Source: a virus
DNA: 64,000 nucleotides
IMG/VR virus record: IMGVR_UViG_3300003323_000920
Strand: one strand, 5' to 3'
Shown: positions 10,589-21,075 of the stretch, in pieces
Position numbering within the stretch: position 1 is the stretch's first letter
Layout: each line of letters starts with the position of its first letter
Program-made: the position numbers and the translations under genes
The notes under the pieces: model-generated
The model's input: only the letters and a program-made list of their open reading frames with translations
Databases searched by the model: none
Told to the model about the DNA's origin: nothing

Positions 10589-10858
10589 TTATTTTTCTTC
10601 TTTGTGTGGGGTTTCTTCATATAAGAGATTTTTTATGGAATCACAAGGAACGCAAGTGAACGAATAGTCATTTGATGTGCCGCGTTCTGCAAAGCACAAG
10701 TTTGTACGCCCATCTTTGAAATATCTAATTTCTTGGTATTGCGAATCACCCCACCTCTTACTATCCCCTCTTATATAATTGGGTTGTTTTTGAAAATCAG
10801 TGCTACAACTTGCCAGTAGAATGGAACAAAATATTATTGCCTTATTCATTATTAACAT
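10589..10858 (-). CDS. small lipoprotein
   Basis: Signal peptide with lipobox IIFCSILLAS-C. Confidence 0.6.
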   Translation of the reverse strand: MLIMNKAIIFCSILLASCSTDFQKQPNYIRGDSKRWGDSQYQEIRYFKDGRTNLCFAERGTSNDYSFTCVPCDSIKNLLYEETPHKEEK

Positions 10859-11057
10859 TTTTTGTTTTAAAATTTTTTAATATTGAGACTTCATATTCTA
10901 GTTCATCTATTCTTTTTTGCAAAGCATTAAGATGTGCTTCAACTTCAGCATGACCATGAAGTGCCCAACTGTCCGTTTGAAAACTTGTTCGTAGTTTTAT
11001 TTCCTTTGAATTTCCGGATTTCTTTCTCATAAATCTATTTTCAAGTATCATAAAAGT

Positions 11058-11609
11058 TTAATGAAAATGTCCACAAGGTCCAAGAACTCTTACTACAAAA
11101 TGGGAGAAGTATTGATGGAGCATCCACTCCCTGATTATATCAAAATCACTCCTCTCTACCTCAGCACCAATCACTTTAGCATTAGCGTCTCCATTATGAT
11201 TAAACACAACGAACAAACGTTCATGAATCTGCCCCTCATCAAACTCATCTTCTTCCTTAACCCACTTGGCCTCGGCTGATACTTCTCCTACCACTTTAAA
11301 GAATCCATATTCCTCAGCATTCTTTAGGTCTGCTTCATTAGCAACTTTACAAAGTTGATTATCTCCATCCTGTACTATATCGTCCACTTGTATATCTCTG
11401 GAGCAGAGGAAGAGTTTAACTTTTTGACACTTTTCAGGTAGTGAGTACAAATTTCTCACATCAGTAATAACAGTAGTATTAAATCCTTTTATTTCTCCTA
11501 CTTTGGCACATATTCTAATAGATTTATCTGCCGCCCAGTTATCTACAAAATAATCTCCGTATTTTATCTCCCCCTTTACAGGAAGATACTTAGCAAAGTA
11601 TTTTTTCAT
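11058..11609 (-). CDS. hypothetical protein, 'YFAKYLPV...KVKLFLCSRDI' family
   Basis: Paralogue of 37067..37552 with identical DNA blocks. Confidence 0.7.
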   Translation of the reverse strand: MKKYFAKYLPVKGEIKYGDYFVDNWAADKSIRICAKVGEIKGFNTTVITDVRNLYSLPEKCQKVKLFLCSRDIQVDDIVQDGDNQLCKVANEADLKNAEEYGFFKVVGEVSAEAKWVKEEDEFDEGQIHERLFVVFNHNGDANAKVIGAEVERSDFDIIREWMLHQYFSHFVVRVLGPCGHFH

Positions 11610-12034
11610 ACCAACTGCCTTTTTTGAAGTGTTACTTCTTCTTCAATAATTTCACCTTTTGAAATATGTAGTTGTTTGAGCATTTCAAGAGTGGACACCA
11701 TTGCTAAGAATAACCCCTCTTCAGTTTGTTCCCAATCTTGAGTTCTATTATCATCTATAATATCTAAAAAGTTCTTTTCCAAAAGAAGAACATCTTGTAA
11801 AGAATACAAACCGCTTGATTCAATAAAAACTGAGTCAATAGCATGAGGAAGTCCGGGATGATTTTCCCAAATTTTACCCCTGTTATGTGACCCAGGTAAT
11901 CGACTCACCCACTTACCACTGCGGTTTAAAAGATTTCCCACAAAACAAGCGCAGGGTGCCCATGGATTAATTTCGCATTTCAAGTATGCTTGAATAATTT
12001 TTTCTGATTGTTCTTTAAATGTTGGTTTATTCAT
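11606..12034 (-). CDS. hypothetical protein, 'CxCxVGNL' family
   Basis: Paralogue of 24649..25095 (CACFVGNLL vs CGCAVGNLV). Confidence 0.6.
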   Translation of the reverse strand: MNKPTFKEQSEKIIQAYLKCEINPWAPCACFVGNLLNRSGKWVSRLPGSHNRGKIWENHPGLPHAIDSVFIESSGLYSLQDVLLLEKNFLDIIDDNRTQDWEQTEEGLFLAMVSTLEMLKQLHISKGEIIEEEVTLQKRQLV

Positions 12035-12216
12035 TTTATAGTTATTTAAAATTCAATTATGGTTCGGTAATTTCTGCTAGTAAAAATACATTCGGTATTG
12101 TAAACAATACGATAATCGCTAACTTATAAAAGTTATCTATTGGTCCCATTTCGTGAGCACAAAATGCCGCAAAAGCGATAATGTTACATATAAGTACTGG
12201 AAATATTATCCGAAAT

Positions 12217-12717
12217 TTATCTCTCTTGTTCATAATTTACAATTGTTACATCACAGGCGTTGAGCGTGTTCTTAATAATTTTTTTCACTCGTTCCCAATC
12301 ACCTCCTGCCAATCCACATCCTATTTTGGGGAGTCCAATGTGGTTAGCTTTAAAAAGATGATTCATCTTCAGAAGGCACAAATAAAGAGCATCATAATTT
12401 AAAGGTACTCCACTTAGGGGATCCGGATCATTCCAGTGATATTGGGTATACATATTCACTACCTGAATTTCTTTACATATTTGATCACGATTTTCTAATT
12501 GTATCTCAACATGATCAAAATCTATTTGACCTAGTTTATTTATATCACCTTTAAAGTCTGGATATTCAAGTGGATATTTATCACATCTAAACTCATTGGC
12601 CATTTGAGGCGCTATACCACGTTTCATTGTACAAAAACAATTACAACCATGACCGATAACATCAAAAACGCCTTCTTTTGCAAGGGTAATTAGATTACCA
12701 TTTATTTCCATTACCAT
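12217..12717 (-). CDS. macro-domain (ADP-ribose binding/hydrolase) protein
   Basis: GNL...IGHGCNCFCTMKRGIA; VVNMYTQY; IGLPKIGCGLAGGDW. Confidence 0.85.
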   Translation of the reverse strand: MVMEINGNLITLAKEGVFDVIGHGCNCFCTMKRGIAPQMANEFRCDKYPLEYPDFKGDINKLGQIDFDHVEIQLENRDQICKEIQVVNMYTQYHWNDPDPLSGVPLNYDALYLCLLKMNHLFKANHIGLPKIGCGLAGGDWERVKKIIKNTLNACDVTIVNYEQER

Positions 12718-13679
12718 GTGTTAAATATTAATTCTTTTTCTTCGTTTGTAATTATGGGATTATTATTACAGCTTCTTAACATTAATTCTAATCCCAATTT
12801 GAGATCATCAATATCCCCAGCTAATAATTTTACAGGATCTTTAGTAATACCTATAAAATCACCATTGTTATCAAAGAAAACCTCATGGAGTTCAATATAC
12901 TTATTATTTAGTACTTCTTTTTCAACCGGAACATGAGTCCATTTTCCATTTCTCTCTCCATCAGGATTAAGGAGTTTTTTCAATTCTTCAATTGTTCTCA
13001 TCATTTTCAATTTAAACAGTGAAACATTGTCCATCTACTTTCTGGGGTTATATCCCATCTTAGCGCCCTAACTACTTCGTAATGTAATTCCATCATTGTA
13101 CGACTAATGGGTTCATACATTGGACCAAGAAGACTATATTTAGGAAGTTTCATTACCCTTATTTTTTATACATGAAATAATTGCGACACAATAAGTAATA
13201 CATATGACACAAATTGCCGCGATACATATTATTTTACACATTTTGTGTCGCAATAAAGTTTGAGGTATTTATTTCTTATTTCTATTATTTTTCTTGCGGT
13301 TGCAAAATTCCTTTCCCCACCACCCATTAATGTATCCATTTCGTCTTCACTCATTCCAGCAGTCATGAAGTTTAATTCATTAATGGTAATATTAAGCCAA
13401 TGCATCATTTGATTATCAAATAAATCAAATAATCCTCCACTGCTTATAAGGCATTCTTCCACTTCAGGACGCAGTATTTTCATACGGTTTAACTTTAATA
13501 CAATCAAATAATTTTGTTTTAAACCCGAAGAAGGTCAATAGTCTTCTCCACCATGTTCGTTTGTAAATCTTTGTAACAACTACTTGCATTTGTCCCATGT
13601 TTAATATATCGCCTTTTACGTAGGGATTGTTATCTAACTGTATTTTAAATCCCTTTTTCTCAGTACTTGGGTAGTTCAC
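12711..13679 (-). other. hypothetical ORFs (12711-13034, 13229-13507, 13464-13679)
   Basis: Co-oriented ORFs; no motif recognised. Confidence 0.5.
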
Positions 13680-13680
13680 T

Positions 13681-14937
13681 TTACAATATTTTACTTAGTT
13701 TTTGTTTCTTTTCTTCATTTGTAATTTTGAATGTATACAGTGGTTTTCCAGTAATTACCCCAACCTCAGTTTCAACCGTATCTCTAAACCCATCGGCCTC
13801 CTTTCCCATACGAATTGTTTCCACACGGCCCATTCTGGCTAAGTTATTTGTACAATCTATAACCTTTGATCTTTTAAAAAGATTCGTCGGATCTAGCCGC
13901 ATCCCTCTCCCTACGATTTGGTACCACAATGCTAATGAGAACATGGGGCGGCCTACTGTAACACAATCTAATCCAGGAAAATCAAATCCTGTAGTAAGCA
14001 TACCCACAACAATCAACCGTTTATTCTTTCCCGATTTAAAATCTCCAATTTTTTTATCCCTTTCTTTGTCCTCCGAAAATAAAGTATCACAATCAAATCC
14101 AAGTGACACTAACCCGTTTGCAACTAATCTGGCCTGTCTTTTGGAAGAACAAAAGATTAAGTTATGCTTTATTTGAGAATCATATTTAATAACGGCTGCT
14201 ATGATTTTTTCAACATTTTCCGGAAGACTCATGAAATCATCCAGCGCTGTTTCATCATAATCTGAACCTGACTTATTTACTGGCAGATTATTTACATCTA
14301 TATAGGTATCGGAATGGGTGTAATAATCCAAAGGACAGAGAAAACCTTGATCATATAAACTCTGAATTGAAATATTATAACAAAATTTCTTAAAGAAAAA
14401 TGGATGAATACGGTTCAATACCTGGAGATAAGAACTGTAATACATATCCTCATCTTCTTTGAAGTATTTTTGAACCATTCTATAAGGAGATGCAGTTAGT
14501 CCCAGAACTCTGGGATTGCCAATGGCTGTAAAGAACGATGCGTACATTCCCTTCTTACTACGTTCAAAATTCTTAGGATCAATTGCGTGACATTCATCAA
14601 CAATTACATACTTAAAATGTTTGAATAACTCTGGTTTTTTATAAATAGATCCAATAGTAGCATAGGTATATTTTGATATTTCCTTGGACTTCATTGAATC
14701 AGAAAACATGGAAATATCATCGATCCCATATTCCAGTAGCTTATTATAGTTCTGTACGAGAATTTCCTTTGAGGGCTGAAGGATGAGTGTATGATCATTT
14801 AATTCTTCTGCAATACCGGCAGTTATAACACTTTTACCGGAGGCAGTGGGAGCCACGATTACATCATTGCTTTTCCCCTTTAATGCCTTTATTCCGGCTG
14901 TAATAGCCTTTTCTTGATAGGGGCGTAGCTGTATCAT
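13681..14937 (-). CDS. superfamily 2 (DExH) helicase
   Basis: LRPYQ, APTASGKS, IVDECH, LGLTASP, LTTGFDFP, QIVGRGMR. Confidence 0.92.
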   Translation of the reverse strand: MIQLRPYQEKAITAGIKALKGKSNDVIVAPTASGKSVITAGIAEELNDHTLILQPSKEILVQNYNKLLEYGIDDISMFSDSMKSKEISKYTYATIGSIYKKPELFKHFKYVIVDECHAIDPKNFERSKKGMYASFFTAIGNPRVLGLTASPYRMVQKYFKEDEDMYYSSYLQVLNRIHPFFFKKFCYNISIQSLYDQGFLCPLDYYTHSDTYIDVNNLPVNKSGSDYDETALDDFMSLPENVEKIIAAVIKYDSQIKHNLIFCSSKRQARLVANGLVSLGFDCDTLFSEDKERDKKIGDFKSGKNKRLIVVGMLTTGFDFPGLDCVTVGRPMFSLALWYQIVGRGMRLDPTNLFKRSKVIDCTNNLARMGRVETIRMGKEADGFRDTVETEVGVITGKPLYTFKITNEEKKQKLSKIL

Positions 14938-15122
14938 TACCTTTTGATTTAATAAATAAAATTCGTGTGAGATGTAAACAAATCGGGTGAATTAGATCAG
15001 GGAATTTAAATGTGAAAACGTTACCTGATTTATATTGGTACACTGCCTGGTTCTCAAACATTTTATAATTACCTCCGCTGGACAAATACGCTAATGACAC
15101 ATTATCTCCCTTTCTTGGAACC

Positions 15123-15389
15123 CTAATTTTCATCTTCTGTCAGTTTATTTTCATTGTATATGCAGTCATCTGCCATTATATAAACCCAATGGGGAAAGGC
15201 ATTTTCGTTTAATATTGAAATACATTCTCCATCAGAATCAATATCATCTATTTCATAATCATATAATTTCCCATCATCGCCATATCTGGATACAATATCT
15301 CCTTCTTCCATACCCTGACAATAGGCGCACCACCCGCACTTATTTTTACATTTATTGTGAATAGATTCTAGGTATTTTATATCTTTCAT
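15123..15389 (-). CDS. hypothetical protein with N-terminal Cys cluster
   Basis: CKNKCGWCAYC. Confidence 0.5.
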   Translation of the reverse strand: MKDIKYLESIHNKCKNKCGWCAYCQGMEEGDIVSRYGDDGKLYDYEIDDIDSDGECISILNENAFPHWVYIMADDCIYNENKLTEDEN

Positions 15390-15510
15390 TTTCCAATTGA
15401 ATTATTATGAATTCTATTTTGCTTTTTATGATACTCAACCACGCCCATTAAAATGAACCCGATGAGTGCAATAAATAATATAACCTTAAATATTTCTTCC
15501 AAGATCTTCA

Positions 15511-15972
15511 TTATAATACTTTTAAAATTGGATTAGTTAGAGAGTGACACATTACCAAAATTCCTTTGTCATTGTCGATAAATAAATAAGTGTAAATTTT
15601 CTTATTGGAATTATATACAACCATTTCCGTAGATCGCAACAATAATGTGGTTACATCTTTATTCATTTCGATATTCCTTTGTACCTGATCGGCAAATTCT
15701 GGACTGTTTATAAATGTCGTACTCACATATTTTAATTCTCTACCCTTATAAGTTAGGGTCACTCCCAATAAATTCCCCTCTCTACGAAATTGATATTTAA
15801 TATGAGTTAACTGTTTTTTAACGTTTATCACTTTTCTTACATCTATTATTACATACTGCCGCTTAATAGTTGAATCAATATGAGAAAAGGTGTGAGAAAA
15901 TATTTTGTAATCTTGTGCTGAGATATTTATACTTGGAATAAGTGATATCAATAGAAATATTAAAACTTTCAT
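15511..15972 (-). CDS. exported protein (signal peptide), moron-like
   Basis: MKVLIFLLISLIPSINISAQ Sec signal; lies downstream of the 16002 terminator. Confidence 0.6.
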   Translation of the reverse strand: MKVLIFLLISLIPSINISAQDYKIFSHTFSHIDSTIKRQYVIIDVRKVINVKKQLTHIKYQFRREGNLLGVTLTYKGRELKYVSTTFINSPEFADQVQRNIEMNKDVTTLLLRSTEMVVYNSNKKIYTYLFIDNDKGILVMCHSLTNPILKVL

Positions 15973-16001
15973 ATTAGATCATTGTTCATGTATATTGAAA
16001 T

Positions 16002-16028
16002 AAAAAATCCCCGCATATAGCGAGGATT
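16002..16028 (-). terminator. intrinsic terminator
   Basis: aatcc-c-cgc/gcg-a-ggatt stem preceded by A6 on + strand. Confidence 0.6.
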
Positions 16029-16057
16029 AAATCTTTAAGGAATGACTTAACGATATG

Positions 16058-16348
16058 TTAGAGAGTCCTCCAAACCCTTATAATTGCTTCTACCTCCGGA
16101 TTTTCTGCTGTTTTTGGATCTTTACCTACCGAAAATCTCATTTTCCTAACTTCCTTTTGTGGATGATTTGCCAATATCAAAAGGATACGGCCACGAATTT
16201 TGGCAACATTCTTTCTATCATATACTTCTCCAGGAATTGCGAAAGAATCTCCCACAAGCATTTTGTCTAATGGGTATCCCCAGTCCTCTTTTTTCGTCTG
16301 TGTTTTTCCACCCTTTACTTTTTGTATTCCCTTTTGAATTTTAAACAT
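16058..16348 (-). CDS. small basic putative DNA-binding protein
   Basis: GYPLDKMLVGDSFAIP motif common to small phage DNA-binding proteins; own promoter at 16410. Confidence 0.45.
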   Translation of the reverse strand: MFKIQKGIQKVKGGKTQTKKEDWGYPLDKMLVGDSFAIPGEVYDRKNVAKIRGRILLILANHPQKEVRKMRFSVGKDPKTAENPEVEAIIRVWRTL

Positions 16349-16409
16349 TTTCTTAAAGATTTTTTTAATTGTTAAATGAATTTCCGTTTTACGAGTCGTT
16401 ATTTAGTTG

Positions 16410-16417
16410 CAAATTTA
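16410..16417 (-). promoter_or_regulatory. Bacteroidota-type -7 element (TAAATTTG)
   Basis: caaattta in an AT-rich intergenic gap. Confidence 0.55.
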
Positions 16418-16508
16418 CTCTATTTTTATAATTTTCCGCAATTTTCTTGTTAATTTTTGTTAATTTTTTCACGGACTTATCATATTATTATTTTATTACT
16501 GACTATTT

Positions 16509-17819
16509 TCATAGAAAGAAGGCAAATCTTTCCTCCTTTTCTGTCAAAAATAATTGTATCCAATGGTTCTGAAATTCCCGGCTACAGTCCTTTAAATTGG
16601 TCTTTAAATGCTCATTTTCCTCGATAATGGTCATTACCAACTCTTTCAGTCCCCTATCAAATACTTTAGAAGCAATATGAATTTCATTAACTCCTATTCC
16701 ACCCAATTGGTGATCCCTGTCAAATTCCCCTATAAGAATTGGATAATTGACCTGGTATCCTGTTTCATTAAAGAATTCTTGAGCTTTAGTTAACATGTAC
16801 TGCGCTTTGGGTGAACCTGAAGTCTTCCTAAAAACCCCCACATTAGCATTGTCTCGCAAGCCATAAACAGTCACATCTGGGAAATTTCTCTTTATAAGTT
16901 TAGCTAAAGTTTCTGTTACAATAAAATGAGCACATTTACTCTGCTCTTCCATGAACCAGCCAGCTACTGAGCTTACTATGATTATTCTATTTCCTATAGC
17001 TGTACGCCAGTTAGGATTAAGATTTTCCGCCCATCCTAGCCACCAAAAACTCTCCTCCCAATACTCGGAGTTGCTTGAATTATTCAAAATGTTGAATGCG
17101 ATATCTTCAGTAGCTTCCGCAGAAAGAAATTTTATTATTTTACAGCTCGCATCAGAAATATTTTCAATTACCCTACTTTCATTAATTTCAAAATCTACCA
17201 GGTCATATTGGTATAATGATTTCTTCCAACCACTATAACACCTTATACCTTTCCTATACAAAAGCAATTTCTCATCCTCTTTAGTTACCGGATAAATATT
17301 ATTTCCTTTGGAAGATAGTATATCATCTATTCTATCAAAAGCGAAATATTTATCCCAATTACTTACAACTTCTTCAATTTCTGGCGTATAAGGTATATAT
17401 ATTCTCGTATAACCATTCCGTGACTCCGAATGGCTAATTTTTGTCACAATATTATATCCTCCCTCATCTAATGCATTACTGACAAATTCCCTAACTGCTT
17501 GCCATATTTCCCATTGCGGTCCCATATCAGTTGTCAAACTTGTTTCTTGATCATTTATAAGGATCTTTTCAAATGTCTTATCTCTAAACGTTACAGGAGT
17601 AGTGGTTATAATAATTTCCTCTTCTCCGGCAAATATTTTAAATGGCACTTTATTTTTGACCAAGAGGGCAATAGCATATTTATTTCCACTACCAAAGAAA
17701 CCAATTTTCGATTCATCACCTCTTTTGGTAGTTCCGCCCATTAAAATAAGAGCATTTATGTCCAGGATACCTTTGTTTTCTATTAGTAAATAATTCATTT
17801 CGCTTTCTCCATTTTGCAA
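16509..17819 (-). CDS. GHKL (HATPase-like) ATPase domain protein
   Basis: IENKG...MGGTTKR...IGFFGSGNKYAI (G2 box); REFVSNALDE; C-terminal IIEENEH. Confidence 0.7.
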   Translation of the reverse strand: MQNGESEMNYLLIENKGILDINALILMGGTTKRGDESKIGFFGSGNKYAIALLVKNKVPFKIFAGEEEIIITTTPVTFRDKTFEKILINDQETSLTTDMGPQWEIWQAVREFVSNALDEGGYNIVTKISHSESRNGYTRIYIPYTPEIEEVVSNWDKYFAFDRIDDILSSKGNNIYPVTKEDEKLLLYRKGIRCYSGWKKSLYQYDLVDFEINESRVIENISDASCKIIKFLSAEATEDIAFNILNNSSNSEYWEESFWWLGWAENLNPNWRTAIGNRIIIVSSVAGWFMEEQSKCAHFIVTETLAKLIKRNFPDVTVYGLRDNANVGVFRKTSGSPKAQYMLTKAQEFFNETGYQVNYPILIGEFDRDHQLGGIGVNEIHIASKVFDRGLKELVMTIIEENEHLKTNLKDCSREFQNHWIQLFLTEKEERFAFFL

Positions 17820-18067
17820 AAATTATCTAAAAATGTATCTATACAATTCCATATAGATATATAAACCTCGTTTTTTGAAATATTGAATTCTGACAGTTTG
17901 AAATACATCCAATCTCTATAACCTTTCTCATTCATTTCGCCTCTAAATACAACATGGAATTTATCTGGCCCGTGTTGCCTTTCTTCATAATAACTACTTT
18001 CAATATTTGGATCACGCTCATCACCAAACAGTAGTTCCACTGTTTGTTTGTAATTCTTTTCCGTCAT
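17795..18067 (-). CDS. hypothetical phage protein
   Basis: ORF coupled to the GHKL gene. Confidence 0.5.
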   Translation of the reverse strand: MTEKNYKQTVELLFGDERDPNIESSYYEERQHGPDKFHVVFRGEMNEKGYRDWMYFKLSEFNISKNEVYISIWNCIDTFLDNFCKMEKAK

Positions 18068-18179
18068 TGTGTAAAAAAGTATTTATGACTCTCTTCATTA
18101 ATTGTGGTGCAACATAGTAGGGTATCGATTAATAGGGGTGATGGATTTCTTAGGACGATAAGTATTTATTCATAAGTTA

Positions 18180-19115
18180 TTATTTAAAGTGCTTACTAAA
18201 ATCATATAAATCTTTACCGCTTATGAAGTCAACAAACCGATTTGTTTTTCGGTCGAATTTCATTCGGACTTGCTGTGGAATACCAACTAATTTTTGCTTT
18301 TTTATTTTCTCTGAGGCAAAGATTACTTCTGTGTTTGTTTTATCCATAGCAAAATGTGGTCTCCAAACAATAAGTACATTATCTACACCATCCGGCCAAG
18401 TACCACCACCCTTCACTCCATATGCTGTTGGTTTTGGATAGTTAGTGTTAGCTTGTCTTGGTGGAGTTATCTGATGGGCCACTAAATGCAGAGAAATATG
18501 TTTCTTTCGGGCAAAGTGTGTACCCAATGTAGTTATATATGCAGCATAAGCATCGTCCTTCTCTCCAAAACCTATAGGTTTAGGAAATTTTATCAGTGGA
18601 TCCATAAATGCAGCATCTATGTTATAACTATCCACCAATTGGTCCCATTCTAATAACATTTCCGGAATAGTGATGGCGGAAACAATTTTCTTACTTTTAT
18701 CATCCGCATTGTTTTCTTCCATGGGATAATAAAAAGCATAATTGTTTTTTATGCGATCAAATATTCTTAGGTATAATTTTTCACTAATTTGATTGGGGGA
18801 GTCCTTATCAGTACTTTGTCCGGATATAGTATGAATAAGGTCGTCATAGAATTCCTTAGCTGGGAAATCTTCAGGACAGGCGCATAGGAAATTCCAATTG
18901 TCTTCTAATACTTTTATAGTGGAGAGGTATCTTAGAAAGAGGGATTTGCCTTCATTATTGTATCCAGTCCATAAATTAAATTCTGTCTTTCTCCATTTCC
19001 AACAACAATCAATTGTAGGTATATGTGTTGTGGATCCTTTTTCCTTTCCATGGTGGAGATCATATATCATTTCTTCAATACAATCATCCATCGTTATTAT
19101 TCTCGAATTAATCAC
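18180..19115 (-). CDS. replicative helicase, DnaB/SF4-like
   Basis: Walker A TGYNNEGKS, Walker B AFMDP, HLVAHQ, KIKKQKLVG. Confidence 0.85.
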   Translation of the reverse strand: MINSRIITMDDCIEEMIYDLHHGKEKGSTTHIPTIDCCWKWRKTEFNLWTGYNNEGKSLFLRYLSTIKVLEDNWNFLCACPEDFPAKEFYDDLIHTISGQSTDKDSPNQISEKLYLRIFDRIKNNYAFYYPMEENNADDKSKKIVSAITIPEMLLEWDQLVDSYNIDAAFMDPLIKFPKPIGFGEKDDAYAAYITTLGTHFARKKHISLHLVAHQITPPRQANTNYPKPTAYGVKGGGTWPDGVDNVLIVWRPHFAMDKTNTEVIFASEKIKKQKLVGIPQQVRMKFDRKTNRFVDFISGKDLYDFSKHFK

Positions 19116-19747
19116 TAAAACTCTTCATCAGGATTCAGTAGTTTTTCTGTCTTTTTTTCTTCGGCTTTCCATTTTTTTCCTAAGAATGGTTCAAATTTAC
19201 GTTGATTTAGATAGGGTTCGGGACCAGACATGAACGTTAACGAATTTTTACCAACTTTTTTTGAATTATTTTTTCTCCATTCAACTTCATAGTGCAGCGC
19301 GTCCCAAAGTTGCTCTTCCGAAAATTCTTTCAAGAATTCCACGAATTTACGTTCACATTTATCCTTATTATAGGTAAAATGACGTGTTACTTCAAATCCC
19401 TCTACCCAATCATCTTTCGGCCAAAAAGAACACCAAACTAAAAATCCTGGATGGTAAGCTCTAGTGGATTTAGGTTTCTTTTCCTTCTTCTGACCTTTTA
19501 ATTGCCTTTTTATTTCTTTTTTTATATCTCCAATCGTCAGTATTCCTTGGCTGGTATTATCTAAAGGATAAACCGGAACACTGTCCTTCAGTGCAAATTC
19601 AACTTTATCAAAAGGAGAGATGAAGTTAATTCCATAACTATTCCTGGAAGCCACTTTCACATAATCATTATCTTCAAATTCAGAAATTATATTACCATTT
19701 TCATCTACCTCCACATATCGATTAAATACTGCAAATTCTGTTGACAT
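19115..19747 (-). CDS. putative replication initiator/helicase-loader-like protein
   Basis: C-half FWPK...KDKCERKF...PEPYLNQRKFE resembles phage replication-protein C-termini; coupled to the helicase. Confidence 0.45.
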   Translation of the reverse strand: MSTEFAVFNRYVEVDENGNIISEFEDNDYVKVASRNSYGINFISPFDKVEFALKDSVPVYPLDNTSQGILTIGDIKKEIKRQLKGQKKEKKPKSTRAYHPGFLVWCSFWPKDDWVEGFEVTRHFTYNKDKCERKFVEFLKEFSEEQLWDALHYEVEWRKNNSKKVGKNSLTFMSGPEPYLNQRKFEPFLGKKWKAEEKKTEKLLNPDEEF

Positions 19748-19793
19748 TATTTATTTGGTTTTGTATTGTTCGGTGAGATTTTATACACAGGAT

Positions 19794-20494
19794 TCATTTT
19801 ATTTCGCCTTCGCGTTCGCCTTTTTCGGCCCCCTGATTCGGTTTGTGTAGCTGCTTTTCAATTATAAAAGAAAATTCTGAACTGTGGAAGGGGTTAATAT
19901 ATCCCGGTAGCATCCAGTATCCACCATCTGAATTAGGAAAAAATTCTCCTACAATCCAGACATCATAATATTTCACCCAATAGTATCCTGCTTTCATAAT
20001 TACTCGTCCTCCTGTACATTTATTGCCGCCATATATCCGGCAGAAAAAATGTCAAACATATTACCAACAAATTCCGGCCCGTCCTCTGGGTATGACTGGT
20101 CGAATGCCGTCTCTATTTCTGCTTTATATTTCATCCAGTCAGGTGCTGGGTTATCCGGATTGTGAATGCCTGCGCCTGGTTCACCTGGTTGCAATGTAGG
20201 CAGATCGGGCAGCGCGGTATCGGGTATTAGGCCCTGATATTTCAGTTCCTTTTCTGTGAGTTTATCCGCTTCATATCCTGAATACCCCTCACGAATGAAC
20301 CTTGAATAATATAGATGACGTGCCATGTCCGCCAATTCCGCAACTGCTATGCGGGCAAACTCTGAAAAATCATTTACCTCACTATCTTTCACATCAGTAG
20401 GAATATGCCCATGTTTACGCCTAAAGGCTATCTTTGCATATTCTTTAGCCAGCGCCTGCACGCGCTGTTCGTATGGTTGTTTTTCTGTACTCAT
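19794..20494 (-). other. hypothetical ORFs (19794-19997, 20000-20494)
   Basis: Co-oriented ORFs. Confidence 0.5.
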
Positions 20495-20506
20495 TGAGTT
20501 GAAATT

Positions 20507-20944
20507 TTACATTTTGTTGGATATAAATTCACCTTTCCCCAATACAATGCGAGTGCAGCCGGGCTGCTGTTCCAAATCAGCCAGCCAAGTATCCCAATTT
20601 TTATTTAACAAGTCTATAAATTCTGGGCTACTCCCTCTATCGTAGTAACGTTTTATATATTCGTGCCTCAATCCGCGCATTGGATATACCAAGGTGAATG
20701 GTAGCCCCTCGCGAACCATTGCTTCACGTATTAATTTGTGAGTGCTAATGAAGATGATCTTGTGTTCTCTGATTTCAAATTTCTCTTTTATGTGATCAAT
20801 GTAATTAAATGGAAATAATTCGTTCTTACTAAAAGAGCTGCTGTCACTGTCCAGCGCAAAGCCCTGCGGTACATAATCCCCATGTGTGTAATAAGTTTTC
20901 CCCGTCCCAGGAAATGCGGATACTATTTTTGTTTCATTATACAT
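20507..20944 (-). CDS. P-loop nucleotide kinase-like protein
   Basis: IVSAFPGTGKT Walker A; LDSDSS; YIKRYYDRG. Confidence 0.7.
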   Translation of the reverse strand: MYNETKIVSAFPGTGKTYYTHGDYVPQGFALDSDSSSFSKNELFPFNYIDHIKEKFEIREHKIIFISTHKLIREAMVREGLPFTLVYPMRGLRHEYIKRYYDRGSSPEFIDLLNKNWDTWLADLEQQPGCTRIVLGKGEFISNKM

Positions 20945-21075
20945 GTCATTTTGTTTTTAATTAGTTTTAGATTTTAATTTTTTAATGGCCTCCAGGATCA
21001 TTGATTCTGGGTAGTCTTTTATAAGAAATGCTATTACATCTTCAGGCTCAATTAATGCATAGCACTGATATGGTC

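Noticed and set aside
13667-14176. long plus-strand ORF and similar antisense ORFs across 0.5-40 kb and within TerL
   Set aside because: Shadow frames opposite well-supported genes, with no recognisable motifs
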